Shown one piece after another: positions 25,606-37,710 of a stretch of DNA of 64,000 bases (its first letter is position 1; every line of letters starts with the position of its first letter). The stretch comes from Phoronis australis. Taxonomy: Eukaryota > Animalia > Phoronida. The notes beneath the pieces were generated by a model. That model saw only the letters and a program-made list of their open reading frames with translations. It was not told where the DNA came from and searched no databases. The position numbers were made by a program, and so were the translations under genes. The stretch covers positions 345,053-409,052 of the forward strand of contig NMRA01000411.1 in the NCBI GenBank assembly GCA_002633005.1, written 5' to 3'.

Positions 25606-26997
25606 GGGCCCGGTCTCCAATCTCCGTACTCAGACTCGAATCATGCTCAAACTCACACTTCATACTCAACTCGAGTACAGACTCAGCTTTGGTGTATTCA
25701 ATGTCATATTCGAAAAATCTGTACTCGAAATTTCGAGCACGTACTCAGTTTTCGAGTGTACTCGAACTGAAGTGTATCTCATCTATATTTCGAGTACGAT
25801 TTTGAGTAAAAATTTGGAGTCTATGCTCAAATTTCAAGTTTGGTATGGCAGTGTGCTTGAAATCGTACTCGAAAATAAATACGAGCCAGAGAACAAAATA
25901 TCGAAAAGGAACCAAGAAACACAGCAAATCTAAAAAAATAAATCCTCTTACCGTATCTCAGCACTTCAACTTCAGTTCAGAGATAATAGTTTTCATCTTA
26001 AATCTTCTTATTCTTCACCTTATTAACCCGCCGTATCACTGTATGTTATGGCCACCATTCTACCTCTACAATTCCTGGCAACAGGCGCATTGTAATCCCT
26101 TGTCGGCGAGTCATAACAAGCGTTGAAAGCAGTTGTGGGAAAAGTCGTGTGAGAAGTTTGTGCTGCCCTTATTTAGGTATGTGTGCCTACGTTTTGTAGG
26201 GTTTCCAAAAGACGAGGAGGGGAGGGAAGTTAAAAAAAGTTCGCTTCCCTGTCAGGTACATTTCTCATCATAACTTAGTCATCTATAATTCCTCAATCCC
26301 CAAATGGAATTCCAGATTTTGTTTGCCGATTTCTAAGTAGACGTCTTGCCCCGTTCACTGCCACTGGTGAACTCTGAATGCCTGCACAAGTATTGTTTTT
26401 TAACTCACGTGCCAAATGTCAACTCACTTGATACATCCCGGTAAAATACAAAGATACAGTATCAAAGTTTGACATCAGCGTAGGCCTACACAGCAATGGG
26501 TTTTATGTCAAGACTAAATTAGCAACAGAGATGTGATGTGATAAGCTGTTACAAATTTCTTTTAAAAGACGTTTTCGGGACTGGGTGAGGAACTCAAGAA
26601 GTGAAGCTTAATAATTGCCAAATGTATCAAAGAAATGGCATAAGAATATTTATTGAAACTAAAAAATGAATAACAGTTACAGAACACTCAGAATTCCACG
26701 TTATAGACATACTGTTGTAGTTGTAGCGACAGCAGACGATAATGTAGGCCTAGTTCTTGGGGTGGTCTATTCCAATAGGGAGCGATGAATCAGCGCGGCT
26801 TTGCGTGATTTTGCATTTCACATCATAAAGAGTTCCATAGCAACTCGAGTATGAGTGTCAGATTTGAGTACGTTTGGAGTCTACTCGAAATACGACATTA
26901 GATACGCTTTTTTGAGTACGACTCCAGTGAGCACGATTTTGAGTATGAAATCTCGAGTATGAGTATGAGTCTGAGTTCGGAGATTGGAGACCGGGCC
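25606..26997. mobile_element. Non-autonomous PIF/Harbinger-like element of about 1.39 kb
   Basis: About 30-bp TIRs gggcccggtctccaatctccg(t/a)actcagactc; many subterminal TACTC/GAGTA motifs; flanks CCG and CTG fit a CWG-type 3-bp TSD with one mismatch. Confidence 0.85.
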
Positions 26998-27792
26998 CTG
27001 GTCTTGGTTTGAGTGTGAGATGTTCATGTCTCAGTAAGACAGCACTGACATCACATTTCTGTGCTTGTTTTTAATGTGAGATGTTTACACATGAGGTTTT
27101 GCTGTCAGTTATCCATTTTTTATTCAGTTTCTTAATATACGGTTGTTATAATTTTACAAACATGTCAACTTTAATTGATTACGCATACGACTTTCTAATT
27201 TCACAGGACTTAAAGTCCTTAGGATTGTAAGGAAAGAATCTTACGGATTTGCTCAAAAGGTACTTCTAGTAAGTTTAAATTCTTTTTAAAAATTCCAATT
27301 TTATATTTTCTTGTACAGTTGTTCTCGTTTGTTTTCGAGTATGTTGTTCGTCCCCAACAATTGGTTTTGCAATCTTACTGGAAAATATGATTTTATTTAC
27401 TGCTTGGAGAGATCCCACTTAACATATTTATTGATTGGTGTCATTTTAAGCGTATATATATCTGAGCCCAATTAGCTTCGAGTCAACTTCTAGTTTTAAC
27501 CTGCACAGGACTGCAGTAAACGTTTGCTCCAGTCAATGTTGAATTCTTGGCCTAAAATGAAAATTGTGAAATGTACTGAAACTTGTCTCAAGATTTTCCT
27601 TGTCGTAACAATAATTGATTTCCACTATGATTGATGAAGCAGACAACTTTGGAAGGGTGGAAAACCGTGCCAAAGTTGATGACCTTTGACACCAATTCGT
27701 TGCTTATGATCAGTTAGGTAGGCCTATGGGTATCATTTTCTATTATGATATGGAAAGATTGGAGACACACTTGTGTGATTGAGTAAGCCCAG

Positions 27793-28017
27793 GGGCCGGT
27801 TCCAAGAAAACTATCTTAACTAAGACAAGTCTTAAATTTCAGTCAATTTTAAGATAAAATTCGAGTTTGTCTCAAGTTCGTTTCAAGTAAGAGATCTTAA
27901 GTTTTTGACTTAAGTTTTGTCTTAGTTTTGACTGTCCTACCGGATGTGGAAGTTTCAAAGGTTGGAAGCTTAGATAAATCTTGAATTGAACTTAAGTCAG
28001 TTTCCCAGAATGGGGCC
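27793..28017. mobile_element. Harbinger-like MITE of about 225 bp
   Basis: Ends gggccggttccaagaaaact and agtttcccagaatggggcc, flanked by CAG and CTG; interior rich in cttaag/ttaaga. Confidence 0.55.
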
Positions 28018-28039
28018 CTGATCTGTTGCTTGTTTTCAG

Positions 28040-28172
28040 CCATCAAAAGTTAGGGGACATGTCCTTTTGTACTATACAGCAAGATAATGACCCCGTTCAC
28101 ATGCTGGCTAAAGCAATAGCATTTTTGCTTGCATTTTCGCTAGCAGCACGAACACAAGTGCTGGAGGTTTGA
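28040..28172 (+). CDS. Probable terminal exon of gene B (stop at 28053 if joined directly, at 28172 in the alternative frame)
   Basis: Strong acceptor tgttgcttgttttcag. A direct join gives PIKS*; the other frame gives HQKLGDMSFCTIQQDNDPVHMLAKAIAFLLAFSLAARTQVLEV*. UTR-like sequence follows, with AATAAA at about 29320. Confidence 0.45.
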
Positions 28173-31062
28173 GTTACCTCAAAACTACTGGTGTTTTCAC
28201 TAGCATCTTTTTTGGCTATGCAACTTACTTCAAAGGACACACATGCTCAGGAGTAAGAGGTCTTAATGTTTTATGGTATGGATGGCAGAGAGTGAGCGTG
28301 TTTTGAAATCAATTTCCGTTTAAAATCGGTTCAGTTGGTGAGAAAACAAAACTAATTTTTGCTGAAAATGACCCCTTTGCAGACAGCTCAGTTGTTTAGA
28401 GCGTTTTAGCTAATGGGATGATTCACCACTCATGTGAACCCAGCATCATCTGTTTCTTGGATTAATAGTTGAAAAAACCCACCTCCCATCAAAAAGCTCC
28501 ACTTTAAATTTAGACCATTTAGCGACACGAAATTGGTCTCAAATTGTTCTTTAATCTGGGACTAACTTTAGGATTTTATACGAGCTGACAGCTCATTTCT
28601 GCTGGAGGCCAGGCTCAACAAGTTGACTCATCATAACGTGCCATCATGTGTGCGAAGCAAGATGTTCTATGCCAACTTGGAAACCACTTATCTGTGTAAG
28701 GAGTAAGACAATAAGGGAACTGAATGAAAAGTTCATTTCTTGGGCAGAAAATGAGTTTACTGGCACTGTAAATTAAATAGACTGCTTTCCATGTTTGATG
28801 GGTTTATTGCAAGCGAGGCCAAATGTTTAACATCTATTGATACATTAATTTGCTTTTGGGATCATTAGTACACATAAAAAGTATAGTGTTGAATCAGGTT
28901 TGGATGGAATTTTGTACATATACTTGAATTTTTATTGACTAAAATACATTATTTGTACATATAATCAGTCATTCCGCCGCTAGTTTAATCTAGAAAGGAC
29001 ATTGTGAATTCATGAATTTCTTACCTGTGTAAGTTTTGTAAAAATTAGAGGAAGAAATTTAATTATCACTATGTTAGACATCTTATTTTGTGTAATGAAA
29101 GGTACAGGAACATGTAAATTCACATTCCATGTATATACAAATACAGATCTTATCAAAAAAGTTGATGAATTTTGTCATGTGGTATACTGTGGCTCAAAAT
29201 CAGGATTTGGGAGTATGAAAACCAACGGGTCGATGGAGTCGGCAGGGTGTCAAGTTTCCTATTTTTGAGGGGCTCCCATTTTTCTGTGAAATTCCTATTT
29301 TTCACTCATGGCGAGTCCAAATAAAAGGCTAACAATAGACCGTTGTTTCTCATGGCTGACATTTAACTGGACCGTTGTGCATAAAACAATAGATGCTGTA
29401 GGGCCAGATGAACTTGCAGTTTCAGTATTTATGTTCTACCCCTGTTGTTACGTACACACCTGCGTTACATGAAAAGTGGCTTAATACTTGAGTTGGAAAT
29501 TTGGTCTTGCGATCCACACAACTATTTCTTAGAAATAATTCAATCTCACTGGAGCAAAATTGCTCAAGTCTGATAATGTGCACGAAACAACTAAGTTACC
29601 AAGACAACTTCTATAGGCTAAATTATTTCTTGACTACAGTATGATGCAATTGTGAAGAGGGAGTCTCTGGCCAAATTTCTGTCCTAAGTCACTTTCACAC
29701 GACAGACCCATCCTCAGTTCAGTTCAAGAGATCTTCGCAAAAATTCTCATAGGGCCCATCCGCTGCTTCAGAATGCCACATAAAATTACGTGTGCCTCTC
29801 GATGATGTCTATTAGTTCTGTTGAACTACCCCGGTCAATGAGACAGTCTGCTGGTTTCCACAGTCAAACCAGAAATGCGTTCAGTTGACGCGATCTCACA
29901 AGAATTTGTGATGTCACCACGTATTACAAGTGATCCTTGTGACTAGCTGTTTTTGGGATTCTTGTGTCTACCCTATTCGCAAACGTTGCTTTTGTATACT
30001 CAGACTTCAACACATTTTGATTAGATGTCAGTTCTATTTTAATTTTAAGTGGATATTCGATTTGCAAATGGACTCTAGAGTTTAGCACTTTGTGTCTGAG
30101 ATACACGTGTTGTCGGTCAAGTTGTATTTCACGACTCGTCGAAACATGTTGTGTTGAAACAACTGAGCATAAAGACAACGTAATATTCCAAATATCCAGC
30201 GCAGACAGGAACAGTTGACTGTACAACTGAATTGATGCTGAACGGTCAATTTGTGCGTGCTTGACATTTAGAAGTATCCAAAAGTATCATTGGCCATATT
30301 GCCCACCCTAACACCCTACATACAAGCCTTAATGACTGGATTACAACGTTGACCAGCAGATCGGTCTCAGAGGCCATGAAATCCTGAGTTCGTGTAAACT
30401 ACAGCAATAACCTTGTGCTTTTATTTCCGAGTTCTGCTTTTAATAACCTTATTCGTAATACGGAACTTGTATCATTCACTCTGAAAACGGTCAAAGTCTT
30501 TAACAATAATTGTTGGCTTTCGCCTGCAACCAAGGCTTCGCCTTCCCGATAATATAATTACAATACAAGTCAAACCGATGCCATTTTATTGCCATAGCAA
30601 AAAATACATAAATTTACAAGAAGCAACCTCAATGTGACAATCACACATTACGCAAAGCTGATCAACTGTTTACAGTCAGTAGGCCTAACAAAATTAAACA
30701 TAGCTACACCGTTCCGTTCTGCGACTCGGTCATTCTTATTGGGGGTCAGTTCTCATCGAAACAAAATAAACATCGCTTGTCAACCAAACAGCAACCCAGA
30801 AAAGTTTGGTGTTGTTTTGAAATAAGCAGTGATACTTTTTTGATGATGTGATGTGGCTTTTATAATAGAAACAATTGCTGTCAAGTAAAATTCTAATTCA
30901 TGTTTTCATGATACCCACATTGCTCTTTTTTGGGGAAATCATTTTGACATGCTAACGCAAGCCTTTCAATACAAATGCTTAGTTATATTCAGTTCTCATA
31001 CACTCACCAGGTGGTGCTAATGAAGAATGAACGTACTTGTTGGTACTTAAAATAAGGACAGC

Positions 31063-31139
31063 GGAAACCTCCAGAGGGACAGTAAATCTAATGTTGATAA
31101 CTTATCAACATTAGATTTACTGTCCCTCTGGAGGTTTCC
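31063..31139. repeat. Perfect palindrome with 38-bp arms and a 1-nt spacer
   Basis: ggaaacctccagagggacagtaaatctaatgttgataa-c-ttatcaacattagatttactgtccctctggaggtttcc. Confidence 0.97.
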
Positions 31140-34100
31140 CTTTGAAAGGGACACCTTACCAAGATCAGGTTTCAATTCCCTGCATTGTCACTATTTTTGT
31201 CACAGGCTAAAAAAGGATGAGAAATTCCTACATTTACTTCTTTGGTATCAATTTGTTTGATTATGCTCTGTATGATGCAAGGGCTCGCGTGAATTTCAAA
31301 AGTTGGCAAATCCTTGTTTTAGGTGAACATAATTTAAAAGTAGGTTTTCTCGAAAGCCCTGGAGGTAAACATTTTTTTCAGTGAAGATATGAGTCACGTT
31401 TTAAACCTGCTTTCAATATGGGTATATAGACATGGGGCAAAATTCCAGCTCTTGGTACAAACATGGGAAAGTTATGTGCATTTGGAAGCCCTGAGCAAGA
31501 ACCCACTACACAAAATAGACGACTGTCCCTCTGGGAGAACGCAATCTGGACAAGCATGGTATATACCCGGTTGTGTCTGACTACCTGAATGCAGGTATTT
31601 AAACAAGAATGTTGTTTCACTAGCGCCACCTTGTGAATTCGTCATACCACATCATCCATTCTAAGAGGCAAAGCAAGAGTTGAATGTTGAAACCAGACTA
31701 AAAACGCCACCAACCCCTTTCTATATTACCAATAGTCATCACAAGCTCATAGCCTTCAGGCATACAAGCAGTATTCCTTTTGTACAGTGCTCACTGAAGA
31801 ACATTCAACACACAACAAAAATCACATTATGGCAAAATTTCGTCAATATTTCAGACAAAAATAATTGCCAAAATGGACCGTTCTTCATTTTTTACACGAA
31901 GTACTGCAAATGCCACAATTTGTCAAAACGTTGTCTAGGTGATGGCTGTGGAATAGAACTTCAAATAATAAAAGACTCTATTCAATGCTAGTGGGTCTTA
32001 TTTTGATGGGACTGTGAACATTGTTTTGTGAGAGAAGAAATCGGCAATTTGAACTAGTCTAGCATACAAGTCGGTATTTGTGCAAAAACTGGTAATAAAG
32101 AAACACAGTGTAAACAGACTTAAAGTTAAACCGAAACTCAGGGACTATTGCATCATGAACAGACCATGGTTTAATCTTCAATTATTCACTCAAACTCCAA
32201 GTTTAAAATGGCTACCAAGCTAAACATTTTTTAAATTTGATTTAGACTGAACTTTTACTTGTAAGAAATTTGTTTCCTTACATGCCAAGAATTGGTGACA
32301 CTTTGCTTACCTCAAAATCCAACTGCTGCCTTTTGGTTTGGTAATTGGCCAAATTGTGTTGCATACCCAGTAGAATTAAAGAGGAGCATAATATGGCAAC
32401 ATTGAAAAAGTTTTAGGTTGTAAGTCACATTTCATGTCCAGTTTTCAAAATTCAAAATCATCACGTGATTTTTTCATGAACTATTCAAATATGCTATATA
32501 CAAACTTAAAAAATGAAAATTTAAAACAATAACATCAGCAGCCTGAGGCGATTTAATTAATCACAACAGCATGGTGTCTAAAGGGGCAGATTCTGTGGTG
32601 CACAACCAGTCGAGTTGCCCAATCTCGGCTGGTTAGAGTGTCAACATATGATTCTTATCATGTAGTTAACATAAATATGGTTCCTGGTCATGGAAAGAAC
32701 TGACAATTCGTTATTGGTTACGACAATAAGTTGACTTGTCATGGCGAGTCAAGTTATTCATGATTTGCAGAGTATTGTATCGAGCAATAACAAACTGTCA
32801 GCTCATTGCAAGACCAAAAATCACCTCTCATCTGCGTAAAGAAAAAATTGAGACTAATTTTATAGTGGCAGGGTGTCCAAATCAGAAGTTAGTTGCTTCA
32901 ACTGAACATGGCATGACTTGAGTATGAATTTGTAAGTTTACTCTAAACGTATCGTCCAATTGGTAGCAATTTTAGTGAGTTTCGAGTAAAGATTATACCC
33001 CCTGCGACCCAGGCATTGATTTTTGACATTTACAGAATTAGAAAATCTTGACACTATCTTTACAAACCAAAGCTATAAAGCACATCATTTTCATATTCAC
33101 AGCACATGAAAACCTTCCAACTGAACAAGTACCAGTAAATATTACAGACGAGGTATTCCACCATGAATTAGTCACCACGATGATGTGATGATTTATTCCA
33201 ACTCGATGCGAAATCCACAATATGTTGACAAAAAATTACAGGTTCTCTACTATCAAATGATACAAGGTCAACTTTGGTAAATAATAGAAGTACATATACA
33301 TAATTTTTAGTTAAGAAATAATAAAATGTGATACATACGTCTGGCTTATCATATCTAAACCCCAAGTATTTGATACATGATTACAGACATAAATTTTTAA
33401 CATTTTACAAACACAAAATAATATACGCAGTTAAAAACTGTAGACTTAAAACGTAAACATTGATGCTAAAGCACTAGTTGTTACTTAGATAAACCAAACA
33501 TCAGATAGGACCAATTTACAAAGGTTATTCAGAATTGATGGGCACCATAATTGAAATTTTGATTCCTCTGGTTTGACACCCTCCTTCGACTAAACATTCT
33601 CAAATTTTACTTTCAAGTGCTCACTTTTGTTTATTCACCCCACCCATATTTATACAGCACCCATTGCTAACCCATGCTGCATGTACTAGATAGCCATATC
33701 AGCTCCTCATGCCTCCAACTTACATGTACCAGTGTACAGTTCGTTGTCTGTTATATATTCGTCTCTCGCACACTCAGTGGCTGACATAGTTCAAGTATGT
33801 GGGCAACAAGATGACTCAACCATTCAGGTAATTCTCACGTTTTCTCAAAACAAACCAGCTTAATTGTACTCCCCATTTTAAATTTTAGTCATCAACCCAG
33901 GCAAATATGCAACATTTGGTCAACCCACTAGTTGTCACAATATGTACTGTTCAGTTTCAAGCTATATAAGCCAAGTCTTAACTATACTGCAGAGAAGTAA
34001 CTATACCACTAGGAATAAATATAAACACAAACCATATACTGTACAAGAAGCTTAATACAAAACCAGTATCCACTATGGGCTCTTTTATAGGCTGTTGCTT

Positions 34101-34254
34101 ATTAGGGAGAACCTGGTAAGATCTGTACCCTGGGATGTGTTGGTGAATCCCTAGCAACCTCTTGCTTAAGTTTAACTGATGACATCTGTCAAAGCTCTCA
34201 ATGACTCTCATTCCTTTTGACATCACGGAGACTTCAGATACCACTGGCGGGAAG

Positions 34255-34457
34255 CCCCCCAATGTGCCACACCCCCAGTGTGCCACACCTCACAGTGGGC
34301 CACGCCCCTCAGTGTGCCACACCCCCAGTGTGCCACACCTCCCAGGTGCCACGCCCCCCAGTGTGCCACACCCCCAGTGTGCCACACCTCCCAGGTGCCA
34401 CGCCCCCCAGTGTGCCACGCCCCCCAATGTGCCACACCCCCAGTGGGCCACACCCAT
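34255..34457. repeat. GC-rich minisatellite with a 15-17-bp core CCCCCAGTGTGCCACA
   Basis: About 12 variant units; it generates all the ATPP/CHTP/VAHW ORFs here. Confidence 0.92.
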
Positions 34458-35329
34458 TGTGATGCCAGTTTAACAAAAAAAGCCAACATTCCATACATTA
34501 GCGAACACAAAAACAACAGTAACAATATATCCTCAATTCAAGTGTTTATGAGACGCCAACTTTTTATATGAACTTCTTAAGAGTAAAATGCGCTTTCTCT
34601 TTAAACAGAGAAACCAGAAACTATAAGGTGCTAAACTTCCGCAAAAACAACTTAATAATAATATGCCTAATCTAAACAATAAGCTGACACACATATATGC
34701 ATTTTAAAAGTTAAAACCACTCAACAACTACAAGAAACTATCACCCAGGGCGCATTCCGTAGATGGAGTACGCGTGAGATTAAAGCTCAGAAGTGCCATC
34801 TCTCGCGTTGCTTGTAATGCGTGAAGAAATTCTCGCTAAGACTAGCCTTACCCCACTTTCATCACAAGGAATTTATTCTACAGAATGCAGCCCAGTTTAA
34901 AGAACCAACCAATGTACACAATCATACACCACTGAGGATTTGTAAATCGCAATCACGACTAAAACCAATAGTGCATTACATATCACGTAATTCAGAGCAG
35001 CAAACTAAAATACAAAGAAGCTTAAAGTTTTCAAAAAGCTTGGTTCAACTTTTGAACACTAACAACCCGGTTCGTTTTAAGTAACAAAATTCCACAGTGC
35101 TTACACTTGTATAAAAAAAAACAAATTACGACCACTTTCACATTAAACCTTAATTACTACTGTTGAGCACTTAATCGGATACAGAAGAAAGTTGGTTATG
35201 CTACTAATGCGTATGTACCTTATAAGTAGTCAGTTGATCATTCTGCAAGTGCCGGCTAGTGCACCATTTGTACAAACATAAAGCTATAATTCGGGACAAA
35301 ATGATCGACAGCCAAAAATGTCCCTAGTT

Positions 35330-35438
35330 CATTTGCAACATTGTGTTATGACAGATATTGGGGCCTCTTGAGCTGCATCATTTGCAACATTGTGTTCTGC
35401 AGTGGACAGATATTGGGGCCTCTTGAGCTGCATCATTT
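35330..35438. repeat. Tandem duplication of about 50 bp
   Basis: catttgcaacattgtgtt...gacagatattggggcctcttgagctgcat occurs twice. Confidence 0.85.
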
Positions 35439-36206
35439 CACAAAAAAATTATGAAATCTTCTGAAAATTGTCAAGTATTCAGAATTATAACAAGTATGTA
35501 TTCCTGTACTTGCAATAAATTTTCAAGTGACTTAATTCCACAAAGATATAAACGCATTGAATGCCAACTTCCCAGAGAACCAAAATCTACCAACATTTTT
35601 CAAAATTTGCCCAGATGACGAGTGAAATCTCAAGTACTTCCAGTATAGCTAGGGTTCCAGCGATGTACACTGATAACTTTGTAGATCGATCATATTTTAA
35701 AAAATACTGGACCCTCATGCGAAATCATTTTAATAGCAATTATGCAGCACAATTGTGGTAAGGTAAATTCCAGAACGATTCAAATTGGAGAAATTCATGT
35801 GACCACACTAGGGAAGTTCAGTTTTTGAAACTCACAAGGTGGCATGAAGTCAAGAATTTTTTAAGATTTGTGAAATTCACTTAACCAGGAAGGCCGAATT
35901 TTGAGATTTTGAAAATTCTCCAATATTTCTACCAGTTGGCATCTATGTATATAGACTGGTGAGAGTTTTGCGGAGCATAAACTATATCAAAAGAACAAGT
36001 TGTCCTCATGCGATAATAGTTTGCAGACATTTGAACACCTTCGCTATAGAATTCTGTGTTGTAGACCTATACACACTCACAAACAAGGCACAAATTTCTT
36101 AAAGAGTGAACTGAAATCTTGAACACTGACGAACGTCGTCACCGTTCGTCAACTGTTGAGCTTACAGGGTATACTAACTACTTCGGGGAAATCTCGGTTA
36201 CCGACT

Positions 36207-36322
36207 TCATAATTCCATCGCTACCAGGGCAGAGACTGTTACCATGACAACAGAAGCTAAGGTGGACATGGCCGAGTTCGGATCATTAACAACCTCTTTG
36301 GGTTCTTCTGGCATATCCTTAC
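36207..36322 (-). CDS. Gene C (Klingon/Wrapper-like 3Ig-FN3 GPI adhesion protein) terminal exon with GPI signal
   Basis: tttgttattacag|GT acceptor, phase 1. GKDMPEEPKEVVNDPNSAMSTLASVVMVTVSALVAMEL* has an N-S-A omega-site pattern followed by a hydrophobic end. Confidence 0.85.
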
Positions 36323-37470
36323 CTGTAATAACAAACCACGATGAGCATAAACAACACAATCTAACAGGAGGGTATGTGAGGTTACTTCACATTTACCGTT
36401 GGAGGCATCGCCATTATCTCAACTTTACATGTAAATTATAGGACTTAAAATATATTGTAACAATGCTGCCAACAGAACAATCGTACTGAGTGTCATCAAA
36501 TCAAATGTTAATGGATGCTTTTTTAATTTTTAACTTTTTATTTCAATAGTATAGATGTAGTACAAGAGATTGATACTCCTGCAGAGAAATCAAATTAACA
36601 TCATATCCGGGCAATTGAATACGGTCATGTACTTGTAACAAGAACTAGACAGATGTTGCTACAGAATTATTTTGACTAGAAAAAGTACCGAAATGTCATT
36701 TGTCGATACTTACTATGCAACACCCATACTAAAAATAAAAACGTATTACACAGATAGCTTGTCAAATTTTGGTTGAATAAATACACAAATAATTAGAATT
36801 ATGAATTAAATTCAACTGAATGTAAAACATCAATTGTCACCCCGCAGACAAAACACCAGACTGAAAGTAAGAAGTATCACACTAAAGAGGTAAATTAATC
36901 TACCGTAAATACTCTGGTTAACGCCATTGCTCATGTAGGCACCCACCCCTATTGATGACAATTTTCGAATTGAGCATCCACTGACCAGCTAAGCGGCCAC
37001 CGACTCTCAACTTTTGAGAATTTTTAATTAAGTGCCTCCTACTCGGGCTATCGCACATACGTAATTTGCTAATCAGGCTAGTGTTCAAATGTGGAAACTG
37101 TATCAACCTCAAGTTACAGTGTAATTCCAGTCTGTTAAGTGTCTTTAGTCAGCACTTGACATTGACACTTACCAAGATTACTATCAGCCGAACCCTCATT
37201 CTATCTAGAACAAATTTGTATTTTTAAAAAGAAACTTTGTCTTTTCTCGCACTTTCAAGACCAAATCTTGGCCTTGTTTACCCCCCAAGGCACAGGCACC
37301 TTGGGATCATGTCACATTTTATGGTTGACCTATGTTTTCTACTACACGGCACACATATTCGGTGCGGAGTGAAGATATGAGATCACACGATGAGAGTCCA
37401 CACTAACTTGAAGTGAAGCTTCTGATTCATTCGAAACTACTTAATGAATACGTAAACAACACAAGCCACA

Positions 37471-37710
37471 CAGAGGCAGATCTATGTTTTGAGCAAGGGG
37501 GAGATTTAGGATTCGAGCGAATCTGAAGCGCGTAACACCGAGGGGAAGGAAGGTCGGGAGAGGGTCTACCTCCTCCCGTATAGGATTTTTTGTGGTTTTT
37601 AGCTGATTTTATTTTTCTGGCGAAATTTTTTTCAATTTTTATTTTTGATCCTGTACCGAGGGTGGGGGTTTGAACCCCCTGAAACCCCCCCCCCCTGTAG
37701 ACCGCCTCTG
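37471..37710. mobile_element. MITE with CAG..CTG ends and a 5-bp TSD (CCACA)
   Basis: TIRs cagaggcagatcta and tagaccgcctctg; subterminal gggggtttgaacccc; ccaca at 37466-37470 and 37711-37715. Confidence 0.8.

Noticed and set aside
34201-34571. Cys/Pro/His repeat ORFs in several frames
   Set aside because: By-product of a minisatellite whose variable unit lengths do not keep one frame.
37173-37204. Extra gene C microexon with a strong GTAAGT donor
   Set aside because: Neither candidate acceptor (28 or 32 nt exon) keeps the phase 1-1 frame.
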